Below the pieces are notes generated by a model. That model saw nothing but the letters and a program-made list of their open reading frames with translations. It did no database searches and had not been told where the DNA came from. A program made the translations under genes and the position numbers. Of a stretch of 64,000 nt of DNA, positions 9,382 through 19,200 are shown piece after piece; positions within the stretch are counted from its first letter, which is position 1, and each line of letters begins with the position of its first letter. This DNA comes from Treponemataceae bacterium (GTDB lineage: Bacteria > Spirochaetota > Spirochaetia > Treponematales > Rectinemataceae): assembly GCA_963678065.2 (NCBI GenBank), contig CAXXVZ010000005.1:1120001-1184000 (forward strand), given 5' to 3'.

Positions 9382-9444
9382 GCCTAACCTTCCGCTTAAA
9401 CGGCGAGGGCTTTTGGCCCGAGTCCGGTTGAAGCCGCGTTAGGC
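9382..9444 (-). other. attC-like site (63 bp, slightly degenerate)
   Basis: Minus strand GCCTAAC-GCGG-CTTCAACC...GTTTAAG-CGGAAG-GTTAGGC; immunity stop codon TAA lies inside R''. Confidence 0.75.
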
Positions 9445-9708
9445 TTTGGGGTCAGGCCCCAAGGGGGCTTCTTTACGAAAAATGCTCAAATCCGACTTCA
9501 TTTGCCTAAGGAGAAAACTGCATGCCTCAGCCTCTGAGGAGAATTGCTTAATGTCTTTTTTTTGCCCTCGTTCAAAGAAGTATATCTCCCAACATCCACC
9601 TTCCTCGATTAGGCATGTTCGATCTTCGCGAAATAGCTTGTTGAATGAATACCACGAACTCGGTACATTCAGTTGGTTCAATTCTCGTTCGAGCTCTTTT
9701 ATATTCAT
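9439..9708 (-). CDS. Immunity protein for the TNT tip
   Basis: ATGA overlap with toxin stop; 89 aa; WEIYFFERG...FSSEAEAC. Confidence 0.75.
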   Translation of the reverse strand: MNIKELERELNQLNVPSSWYSFNKLFREDRTCLIEEGGCWEIYFFERGQKKDIKQFSSEAEACSFLLRQMKSDLSIFRKEAPLGPDPKA

Positions 9709-10331
9709 TTCAACACCTCGACCAATTTAGCATCGATAAGGCTTCCCAAAGTGCTACGGAACATGTATTGAATACCACCACCGGCACTTCCATAATATGG
9801 CCCGGCAATACCAGCTTTTACTTCTAGATCGATCTTCGATCTATATGCAGTGTATTCACCAGAGTTCCATGGGGGTAATGCTCTTTCTTCTTTTGGAGTC
9901 CCTATCGGAGAAGCATATGAACCACGTGGATTCCCATATCTATCAAACGTCGAACCTGCGGGTAGGGTTGTTTCCCATGAAGCGCCAAACAGAAAGCCAT
10001 CAAACAAAGGATAGCAGACGTCTTCGACCAATGCTGGCGGTGGCGGCAATATCCCGGCTGTATTTAGCCCACCATATAGCCCAGTTACAACTGCAACAGC
10101 GGCGGTGGCAATATTATTAGTTGCACTAGTTACTACGTTTTTAGCAAGCTTCGCAGCCGATTCAAGCGAATTTATTATATTGCTAACAACATTTTCAGCA
10201 TCCGGCGGATCGCTCGAAGGAACAATATTCCCGGTACCAAGTCCTGATATTAGGCTGCTATCGGACGTCTCGCCCGTTGATTCGAACCGTTTCAGATCCC
10301 CCATCCCTGCCAACCCCGTGGGATCCGTGAA
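9705..10331 (-). pseudogene. Orphan Rhs tip, TNT (DUF4237) NAD+ glycohydrolase domain
   Basis: Begins FTDPTGL; LPAGSTFDRYG...YASP.GTP.EERALPP...GGGIQY. Confidence 0.88.
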
Positions 10332-10554
10332 CTTTACTGGATTCTCGCCCCGCTGTTTTTCTTCTCCACGAGCCACCTCCCCGGTTTCGGTTTTTTTGGT
10401 CTCAGCGAGCGAGGCATAGAGCAGATACAGCCACAGCGCCTCGGTGAAGGTCTGCAGCCACCTCCGGAGAAACCCTTCCACTACGAGCAGTTCCACAGTC
10501 AGCTTGACGTGCTGCTGTGGCAGGAGAAGGGGCGCGCACCGCATGAAAGAGATT

Positions 10555-11556
10555 CTATCCTGGCCGACCTTCCGGGACAAGGCGGGCGAGCCTTTTGATA
10601 TAGTCCCTGTCCACCTCCGCATAGATCGCCTGCTCCCTCGGGTGGTAGCGCCGATAGATCCGCTTAAGGTTCTCCGTCACGACGTGCGTGTACCGCGCCG
10701 TCGTCTCGACTCCTGCGTGACCCAAGAGTTCCTGGATCTGGCGCACGCTCACGCCGCGGCTTAAAAGATGGGTCGCGGTGGCATGCCGGACCGAGTGGGC
10801 CGACAGGGTCGGGTCGTCCATACCGAAGCGCCGCAGGAGGGTTCGGAAACGCTCACTCACACTCGCTGGCCTCACATGGCTCCCTGTCCTCGGTCCGCAG
10901 GTCCCCGTGAATATCCAGGCCTGCGGATCATGGGCGCGGTTCCCGAGGTACAGAAGCAGCACATCCCGCGCGACCTCCGAGATCGGCACGAGCCTGTCCT
11001 TGTCACCCTTGCCCCGCACGCGCATGATCCGGCGCTCGAAGTCCACGTCGCCCACCGTAAGGCCCGCAACTTCGCCCACACGAAGGCCAGCCGCGTACAC
11101 GAGCTCGAAGAGCGCGCGATCCCGCAATCCCTGCGTCGTCGTCGTATCGAGCTCGTCAAGAAAGCGCTGCATCTCCGTTTCTGTGAACGCGCGGCGGCGT
11201 ACAGACTCCGGGGGGAGCGGATCACCCAGTTGCCCGGCGGGGTTGTCGTCGATAAGCCCTGAGCGGTACAGACAGGCGTACAGAAGCCGTACCATCCCGA
11301 AGCGACTATTGACCGTCGTGTGCTTAAGCCGTTCTCCCGTCGTCTTCGACAGTCGCGCCGCGAGATCCTCGCGGTAGCCAAGGAGCTGCGCCGGCGTGAC
11401 CTGACGTATATCGCCTATCGCGTGCTCTTCGGTCCAGCGGTAATACCCTATGATCGTAGCACGCGCGTGGGCCATGTAGCACGCGCCGATCCGCCTGGCC
11501 ACGAGGTCCTCGCTCACCAGGTGCAGTCCCAAAGCTTGTACGGCCTCGCCAGTCAC
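10555..11556 (-). CDS. XerD-like tyrosine recombinase, intact
   Basis: Same protein sequence as 1794-2795. Confidence 0.93.
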   Translation of the reverse strand: MTGEAVQALGLHLVSEDLVARRIGACYMAHARATIIGYYRWTEEHAIGDIRQVTPAQLLGYREDLAARLSKTTGERLKHTTVNSRFGMVRLLYACLYRSGLIDDNPAGQLGDPLPPESVRRRAFTETEMQRFLDELDTTTTQGLRDRALFELVYAAGLRVGEVAGLTVGDVDFERRIMRVRGKGDKDRLVPISEVARDVLLLYLGNRAHDPQAWIFTGTCGPRTGSHVRPASVSERFRTLLRRFGMDDPTLSAHSVRHATATHLLSRGVSVRQIQELLGHAGVETTARYTHVVTENLKRIYRRYHPREQAIYAEVDRDYIKRLARLVPEGRPG

Positions 11557-12518
11557 GATCGGAACTCCCAGCTTCCGCGCGGGTGCGCCGCGTCCACCGC
11601 CGCGCGCAGGCTCTCCTTGCTCCGCCGCAGGTAGGTCTGTGTGCTGCCTAAGTTCCGAAACCCGACCAAGATTTGCACGTGCCGAAGGTCGCAGCCTGAC
11701 TCGACCAGGTGCGCCCCCAGGCTCGTCCGAAAGCCGTAGCTCGTGATCATCGGCAATCCCTCACTCGCACAGGTCTCGGCCAAAACCTCGTTGATCACCT
11801 GAGTCAGCCTCCCGTGCCCCGCGCCGAAGAGCGTGTGCGCGTACCCCCGCTCGTAGCCCCTGAACACAACCTCACGCCGGCAGAGATACTCCTTGAGCAC
11901 CCCCGCCGCGTAGCTCGTCAGGAATGCCGTCCGCCCCTGCCCCGAGCGCCCGCTCCGAACCCACACCGTCCGCTCGCGAAGATCAAGGTCAGCCGGTTCG
12001 AGCGCAGCCGCCTCACTCGCGTGCAAGCCCGCAGCGTACATGAGTTCCGCCGCCACGTGCACCCGATAGGTCTTTACCACCTTCCACCACGGCCGCACCT
12101 CATCGAAGCGCGACAGGGCCGCAAGGAGTCTCGCCATCTCCTCGACCGTCAGCGCATTCTCCGACAGATGCTCTCCCACCCGCACCCGACGGATCTCGCG
12201 GAAGGGATTCGTCCGTATCGTCCCCGTCTTCACGAGGTAGTCGAAGAACCGCCTGGCCGCTTTCAGATGGTTGTTGATCGTCCCCGCGTTGTACGGCCGC
12301 CCTGTCGCTGCTGTCATCGTCGACAGCTTCACCTGGTAGCGCAGAGCCTCAGCAAGCCCTACCTCCGCAACCTCGAGTTCCTCCGCTTCCAGCCATGAGC
12401 CGACGGTCCGCGCAAGCGTGCGTATCGACTCGTAACCCTGATCAGTTACCTTCGGCTGTTCTTCAGCGAGAAAGGCTTCGATCTGCGCCGAAAGCCGTAC
12501 GGAGTATATGCCATCCAC
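11553..12518 (-). CDS. XerC-like recombinase with degenerate active site (ORF opens at 12587)
   Basis: Same substitutions as 2792-3757. Confidence 0.88.
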   Translation of the reverse strand: MDGIYSVRLSAQIEAFLAEEQPKVTDQGYESIRTLARTVGSWLEAEELEVAEVGLAEALRYQVKLSTMTAATGRPYNAGTINNHLKAARRFFDYLVKTGTIRTNPFREIRRVRVGEHLSENALTVEEMARLLAALSRFDEVRPWWKVVKTYRVHVAAELMYAAGLHASEAAALEPADLDLRERTVWVRSGRSGQGRTAFLTSYAAGVLKEYLCRREVVFRGYERGYAHTLFGAGHGRLTQVINEVLAETCASEGLPMITSYGFRTSLGAHLVESGCDLRHVQILVGFRNLGSTQTYLRRSKESLRAAVDAAHPRGSWEFRS

Positions 12519-12632
12519 GTTCGCCTCTCTTCCCCGCCGGAATTGCGCGACCAGATTGGTAATTCCTTGTCGCGCCAGGGGCAACACTCGCTATCGGTAG
12601 TCAGTGCCCAGTTCTGCCCAGACTGACCAGAT

Positions 12633-14372
12633 TTATGCCGTTGATCCGGAGAGTCGTTCTGCCATCGCCTCAGGACTCGGAATCATCGACAGATCCACCG
12701 CCCCAATCTCCGCGTCCTCGCGAAGCCGGTAATAGGCTCGCGAGCGTTCCGAGCCCCCTCGCGCAATCGACACGTAGTCGTACTCGACGAGCTGCCGCAG
12801 ACTCTGCTTGATCCATGTATGCCCCAGCCCGGTCAGCTCCCGTACCTGCCGCTGCGTGAAGCTCACCTCTTCAGCCCGTAAGTGCTGCGCTCTCGCCTCA
12901 CGGCCCACCCAGGTCCGAAGCTCGCCATACAGCCCCACCGCCCCCGCGGGTAGCTCCCGCACCGTGCTCGCAAGCACCCCCTCCACCATGATCGTGTACG
13001 CGATCCGGTAGTCCTCCAGGTCGCAGCGGATGAAGCTCACTGCCCCCTCACGCTCCTCGTGCTTCTGGTACTGCCTCAGAAAGCACACGCTCGCGATCAG
13101 GTCCAGAAACCGGTCGTGGTCCCGCCGGCTCCGCATGAGACTCGTCGGAAACCCCAGGTGCACCGCAAAGTCGTTCACGATCGCCACCTTCCGCACCAGC
13201 CGCTGCGCCGCCTGGTGCGCCCGTATGATCCGCTCCGTCTCTCCGCGGCCTGCCCGCAAGCGTTCCAGCGAATACTTCTGCCGCTGCGCCTCGTGGATCC
13301 GCGCAGTCTGACCTCTCGACTCGTCCGCGTTCACCACAAAGCACCGACTCGCGTTCTCCGGATTCACCGCGTGGCTCGTTCCCGACAGCACGCTCGACAC
13401 CACCACCGGCGTCCTGACCACCCGGCTCTGCATCGTCCCCGTCTCCGGGTCCTTCATCGTCACCAGCCTCGACAGCTCCTTGCCCGACAGCATCTCCCGG
13501 ATCTGGTGCTCCACCACCTCCCCGTGCACCGCTTCTCCCAGAATCAGAAACTTGTGGCTCAGGTCCTCGATGTAGTTCAGTGCCTGGTCCGACAGGCTCG
13601 TCACCGCCACCACCTCCTCGGGCGGCATAAGCTTCCGCACCGTCTCCACGAGATAGCTCTTTCCCGCCGCGGACTGCGACAGAATCAAGACCGAGATCGG
13701 ATCGTCCAGCTTCCGGCTCGACGCGCACAGGTACAGAAGCTGCTTATTCAGGTCCTCTCCCACGTAGCCCAACGCGCTGAGATCCTCCACGATCCGCTCA
13801 AACAGGCGCGGGTCGCGCAACAGCGACAGCCCCAGCTCGCGGTCGGCCGCGCTCATCGGGACGCCCGCCTTCGTATTTCCCCGCCGCAGGGCCTCGTCGC
13901 GCTCGCACTCGAGATTCTCAAGGATCAGCACGAGGTCCTTCTGTGCCCGCGCGAGCTCCCACCCGAAGCTCCGCGCCACCGCCTGCGCAAAGCCGCCCCT
14001 CGCCTTCGCCGCGTACAGGTCCACCGTGTCGTAGTAGCTCATCATCCCTGCACTCGCCCGGATCGCCACCTTCAGGCTCGTCACAAACAGCTGCCTGACC
14101 CCGCCTATGCGGTACGTCATCGCCCCCACACGGAACACATGGAACAGCCCATCCCGCTCGACGTGCAGCTCCGGTCCATCCGTCTCGTCCATGAAGCCGG
14201 CCGCTTCGCCCGGTCTCGGCTCCTCCTCTTTTGCCCCTGCCGGGGGCGACTCCGGGGGAACGTCGTCACCTTCGGTGACTGCGTTCCCCGCGGAGTGGGG
14301 GGGAAGAAACGCGGCCCCAGGAAGGGACTCATCAGCGACCGCGAGTACCCGCTCGCTCTGGTCTCCCCTCAT
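12633..14372 (-). CDS. AAA+/helicase-like ATPase with C-terminal winged HTH
   Basis: Walker A variant SQSAAGKS, LILGE, ENASR; resembles the C-terminal part of primase-annotated proteins found beside paired Xer genes; start uncertain. Confidence 0.78.
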   Translation of the reverse strand: MRGDQSERVLAVADESLPGAAFLPPHSAGNAVTEGDDVPPESPPAGAKEEEPRPGEAAGFMDETDGPELHVERDGLFHVFRVGAMTYRIGGVRQLFVTSLKVAIRASAGMMSYYDTVDLYAAKARGGFAQAVARSFGWELARAQKDLVLILENLECERDEALRRGNTKAGVPMSAADRELGLSLLRDPRLFERIVEDLSALGYVGEDLNKQLLYLCASSRKLDDPISVLILSQSAAGKSYLVETVRKLMPPEEVVAVTSLSDQALNYIEDLSHKFLILGEAVHGEVVEHQIREMLSGKELSRLVTMKDPETGTMQSRVVRTPVVVSSVLSGTSHAVNPENASRCFVVNADESRGQTARIHEAQRQKYSLERLRAGRGETERIIRAHQAAQRLVRKVAIVNDFAVHLGFPTSLMRSRRDHDRFLDLIASVCFLRQYQKHEEREGAVSFIRCDLEDYRIAYTIMVEGVLASTVRELPAGAVGLYGELRTWVGREARAQHLRAEEVSFTQRQVRELTGLGHTWIKQSLRQLVEYDYVSIARGGSERSRAYYRLREDAEIGAVDLSMIPSPEAMAERLSGSTA

Positions 14373-14653
14373 ACCGCACCACGCCGCCCGGAGCGCCGCT
14401 CCCGGTCAAAGCTCTTCTTCGCCTCATGCACATAGCTGTTCACCTGCCCATACGCCGAGCGAAACGCACTCAGGTTCACCACCGCCCGCTTCCCCCAAAA
14501 CTCACCCTGCGCCCGTCCAAGCCCCTCTCCCCGGAAGCTCATTCGACAGGCCAGCGATTCCGACACCGGAATGCACCGCACCTCCTCCAGCGTACACCCT
14601 GCCATGATCAGATACGCCGCTTCGTACAGATCCGTTACCTCCGCAGTTTCCAT
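14369..14653 (-). CDS. Small protein (DUF5659-like)
   Basis: Paralog of 8047-8331. Confidence 0.7.
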   Translation of the reverse strand: METAEVTDLYEAAYLIMAGCTLEEVRCIPVSESLACRMSFRGEGLGRAQGEFWGKRAVVNLSAFRSAYGQVNSYVHEAKKSFDRERRSGRRGAV

Positions 14654-14891
14654 CCCCCGCCTCCTTTTTGCGGGGAATCTCGTCATCGTCCTGTCCTGTA
14701 TGCTATCCTGTCTTTGCGTCATGACGAGGTTCCCTCGTTGTGTCCTCGCCCGTTTCCCCGAAGCATCCACCACGACCTCAGGGGAAACGGGCTCCTTTGT
14801 ACCTGACATACAACCATGTCAAGTACTATTATTGGTTTTGAGTATTATACATCATGTATTATATCGTCAAGCGGTAGGATATACTTTTTCT

Positions 14892-15299
14892 ATGCCACAG
14901 CGACCGAAATATATTCTGCCGGATATCTCCGAATCCTCTCACAATGTCGGTCAAAATATTGCCGCACTGCGCAAAAAAAAAGGACTCAGCCAAAAAGAAC
15001 TGGCTCTGAAAATCGGCATCACCCAGGCCTTGCTTTCACACTATGAAACCGCCCGTCTGAGTATTCCCGTCGAGGTTGTCATTCAGATTTCCATTTCGTT
15101 GAACGTACACGCGGATGTGATATTGGGAATCGGAGCATCGGCACCGCTCGACGATGACTCGCCAAGCCGCAGAATTGTACAGCGGGCGAAACTGATCGAA
15201 CGTCTTCCCGCCTTCGACCAGAAAGCCCTGCTCAAAACCATCGACAATGCGTTGAAAGGCGCCGGCATCACAACGGAAGATCCAAAAGTCTCTCACTGA
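14892..15299 (+). CDS. XRE-family HTH regulator
   Basis: Same protein sequence as 8570-8977. Confidence 0.92.
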   Translation: MPQRPKYILPDISESSHNVGQNIAALRKKKGLSQKELALKIGITQALLSHYETARLSIPVEVVIQISISLNVHADVILGIGASAPLDDDSPSRRIVQRAKLIERLPAFDQKALLKTIDNALKGAGITTEDPKVSH

Positions 15300-15329
15300 C
15301 TGATGCTTCTGCTCCCTGCCCTCGACGAT

Positions 15330-15590
15330 GGCACCATCAAACACAGTCGCCCGACTGCGCCTAATTCTCGGTTGGCGGGGAGCGCCGTCCCAAGCCGTGC
15401 TTGGGAGAGCGCTCCCCCAAATCCGCTTTCGCGGACTTCGCCAACCTACGCATTAGACGCTATCGGGTCTGCCTTCCCCTTCGGCTCAATACTCGAAATT
15501 CACAAGTATGGAGTCAAGCATGCGGATGGTTGTCTTCCCATAGCCAAGGGGCTGCGCGACTACTGTCGCGATGCCCCGCGGCAGCTCTTC
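15330..15590. repeat. Conserved structured non-coding region, copy C (100-bp hairpin 15359-15458; no terminator or attC)
   Basis: Aligns to 9008-9267. Confidence 0.85.
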
Positions 15591-15662
15591 TCACCCCAGA
15601 TTCCCACGATTCCATAGCCACCGTGACGAAGGTACGGCATGCAGGAGCATATAAATAAAAAC

Positions 15663-16262
15663 TCAACCAGTCAGTGTTTTTTCAAAATTTACACCAGTTA
15701 TTTTTTTCTTCTGAATAGCCTTTTTTAGTTTTTCACTTACATAAAGGCCAGACGTAATCTTCCAAAGACTGTGATGTGCAGGCTTATGGAAAACACTGAA
15801 TTTTTCAACCTTATCTATAGAAAAGCACGGTTTCATAATCCGATCGGTACCTCGGACATACATTGTTTTTTGCACATCGATAACATCAAGCATTTTTGAG
15901 AATCGTAAAATAAAGTATATGCGCTGTTCTCCCCCACCATTTATTTTTGCTCTTATCCAATTAATTCCTTCATTACCAGATAAGTTTTCTTCAATGACAA
16001 CCTTTAGCCTCTCAGAAAATAAGGGCCAAGCCAAACTATTCGGTAAATAGTCGATCCATAGTTCTTTGATTTCTGAAAGGTCAGAGGACCTAATAAGCCC
16101 ATCTCCCTCTTTCGTCAATTTCACCAATGAAAACTCAAATGGCATTTCAGAAACACCATCGATCTCTGAAATCAACTCATGTGCCAACCGAGTTCCTTCT
16201 GGTGCAAACGCACTTGCTACTGGCGTGGAATCTGCACCACCAAATAGATAGTAATTCATCAT
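15663..16262 (-). CDS. Immunity protein (Imm11/DUF1629-like) for the AHH tip
   Basis: ATGA overlap with rhs1 stop; LFSERLK..IE, LDVID, LYVSEKLKKAI...ITGVNF. Confidence 0.78.
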   Translation of the reverse strand: MMNYYLFGGADSTPVASAFAPEGTRLAHELISEIDGVSEMPFEFSLVKLTKEGDGLIRSSDLSEIKELWIDYLPNSLAWPLFSERLKVVIEENLSGNEGINWIRAKINGGGEQRIYFILRFSKMLDVIDVQKTMYVRGTDRIMKPCFSIDKVEKFSVFHKPAHHSLWKITSGLYVSEKLKKAIQKKKITGVNFEKTLTG

Positions 16263-19200
16263 TGCCACCAAGCTTTTCTTAACATCCCAGGGTTTTCTAT
16301 AACTGGAGTCTTTACATATTGGTTGAACAATTCAAGGAACTTTGCCTGACTAGTTCCGGCGCCAACCGCTGCATCTTGCATACCCTGTTGAACAAAATCA
16401 TGATAGGCATCTGGATGTCGGCCTAAATGAGGCATCAACTCTTTGTTCCATGCTTCATCCAGCTTCAGTCCAAATTTCTCTGCAATATCTTCCATTTGTT
16501 GGGTAAACTTAGAGTTTTTATTAGTTGCAAAGTGATGAAGTTGTTCTTCGTAAATTAAGCAATAATCATTCAATAAATTGGCAACATTATTTCCATATAG
16601 CAGTCTCAGTACAGAATCGCTAGCATTGTTCATCCCCTGCAGGAGAGAACCGACTGCTTTTGCTACATCTTCAATAACCTCCCTTCTTCCTTCTGCTCTT
16701 TCTGCTTTCTCAAATTCCTTGACCCTATTTTCAGAATCCCCACTCGAAGCACTCAATTTGCCATTATTATCAGATAAAATGTGCCCGCCATGGTGATCAT
16801 CATCTACTTCATGAGCTAGTCCCGAGGGATCTGTGAACGAGAGCGGATTGTTGCCACAGTAGACGAACCAGTTGCCCCCATCCCTGACCGGGTCCTCAGA
16901 GTAGAACCTCCCCGCCACACAATCATAGTACCGCGCATTGAAGTAGTACAGTCCCGTCGCGTCTCGCTCCTTCCCCGTGTACGACACATCCTGACTCCCG
17001 TCGTACCCGTTGTAGTTCGTCACCGTCGAGCCACCCCACACCGCATAGTCGATCTTCGCCTTCACCGTCCCCGCCGTGTCCGTGACTGCCCTCCGCGATC
17101 CCAGGTTGTCCTGCCACACGTACTCTAGCCGCTCCGTGTTCCCCACGTAGTCCTTCACGTACCGTCCGACTTCCATACCCCCAAGCCGCACGTTCACCTG
17201 CGCCGTCTTCCACGTGCTCCCCTCCATCCTCTCCTTCAGCAGTATCTCGTTCCCCTCGTACACGTACAGCGTCGTCGTCACCGCTCCCGTCGTCGACGTC
17301 TCATCTTTCCGATACCGCAGCCCGTCCGGGTAGTACCGATAGCTGTCCGTCTGCGTTCCACCTGCGTTCCTCGCCAGGTCTCCCATACCCTCCAGCCGCC
17401 CGTACACGTCCCACGTAAGGCTCGCGTACCGGTTCTGCACACCCGTCACCCACCCCCGACTCGCGTCGTCCGTCACGGCTTGCGAACTCGGATGCGTGAT
17501 GTTCCGTAGGAGCATGCTGTTCACTCCCGACACCGGCGCATAGCCATAGCTCGCCGGATCTGTCCCCGTCGACTGTGTCAGGTTCCCGATCGCGTCGTAG
17601 CCGTAGCTTGTTCCCCCTCCCGTCGACAGGCGGTTCATCCCGTCGTACCCGTAGCTCACCCCGTCCCGCCCCGTCACGTTCCCCATCCGATCGTACGTGT
17701 AGCTCCCGTCGCACAGGCTCCCCGGATTGTCCACCGAACTCATTCGCAGCCACGTGTCGTACCCGTACACCGCCGTTCCCCCCGACGTCCCGTACGATAC
17801 CGCCGTCCGTCCTCCCCAGAACGACAGTCCTGTCCGCCCTAGCAGGTTCGACGAACTGTCCGACACCGACAGCGTGTTCGTGTTCCCGCCATACCCTGTT
17901 CCGCCGAAGTACGGTGTCGCATAGTTCACGGCCTTCGCGTACCCACCAAACCCCGTCACCGTCACACTCGCCGGATTGTTCGCCAGGTCGTAGGTCCTCA
18001 CTACCGTCGCCGTCTTCGACCCCGCCTGAGTCGGGACGGTCCGACTCTCTTTGGCCGGTATCCCGTTCACCCCGTATTCCCACGCCACCGTCTGGCTCGG
18101 CGTCGATTCACCCCCTCGCTGCTCAGCCACCGTGGCCGGACCATACTGGCAGTACGCGCTTGTCACTACGAGCGTCGCGGGCTGCGGGCTCCTCGTCGAC
18201 GCTGTCGTCCTCGTCCGCTCCATCCCCGCCTTATTGTACGTGTAACTCACTGTGTCGCCGTTCAGCTCCGTCGCGACACGCACCCGTCCGTCCGGGTAGT
18301 ACGTGTTCGACTTACTCCCCCGCCCCATAGGGTAGCTTTCCGTCTGCAGCCGTCCCGCACGCGTGTACACGTACGTGTACGCTTCCCCGTTCGGCATCGT
18401 CTTCGACGTCACCTGTCCCGTAAAATTATAAGCGTACGACGTCGTCCGGCTGTTCCCTCCCCCGTTCGTCCCGTCCCACTGGATCTCCGAGCTTGTCCGT
18501 CCCAGCCAGTCTTTCTGCGTCCTCGTCCTCGTGTACGTCGACCCATCCCGGTACCTGTCCACCGTCACCGTGTTCTGGCTGTCGTCGTAGGCCGTCGCCA
18601 CCATCGTCACCTGTGAGCCGGAGCTCGGCCCCGACTGCACCTGCACAGGCCGCCCCAGCACATCGTAGCTGTAGCTCGTCACAAGTTGCGTCGAAAGACC
18701 TGCGTCCAGATACACCGTCTCGCTCTTCACGAGCGATGGCATCGCCATATCCCACGTCTTCACCACCTTCCCGATCGCCACCTCTCCTGACCCCGTGTAT
18801 GTCGCGTCCCTGCTCGCCGTATCCGGCTTGTACGGTATCTCCTGCAGAAGCCGTCCGTAGAAATCGTACCGCGATTCGGTGCGGAATCCTTTCCCGTCCG
18901 TCGCCGTCGACCACAGTCCATTCGTGTCCTGCCCATACTCGTACCGCCCGAGTGTCGTCTCTGTCCCGCTCACCACCCGTGACTTCTTCGTCACTCGTCC
19001 CAGTCCATCACACTCGAGCTTACTCGTCGCTGCGGGATACTTCGTCCCGTCGATTGCGGTCCCCTGTGAATCCGTGACGACCGTCCCTTCCTGCAGCCGT
19101 CGTCCCGCAAGGTCATAATCATACGTGGTGACGACACGATCATTCGTTCCGATGTTCGCCCCCAGCTCCTTCGTCTGTGTCGTCACGAACGAGCTCTTCC

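Larger units (their letters stand above)
1571..10331 (-). mobile_element. Rhs-tip-carrying integrative unit 2 (TNT tip; ATPase interrupted by IS21)
   Basis: Backbone is a near-identical direct repeat of 10332-15590; bounded by NP-x4-DPxG-coding junctions at 10331/2 and 1570/1. Confidence 0.8.
10332..16837 (-). mobile_element. Rhs-tip-carrying integrative unit 1 (intact, 6506 bp; AHH tip fused to rhs1)
   Basis: Same backbone as unit 2 with different cargo; ends in rhs1 DPxG codons and at 10331/2. Confidence 0.8.

Noticed and set aside
1571..16837. Prophage or ICE
   Set aside because: No structural, packaging, relaxase or T4SS genes
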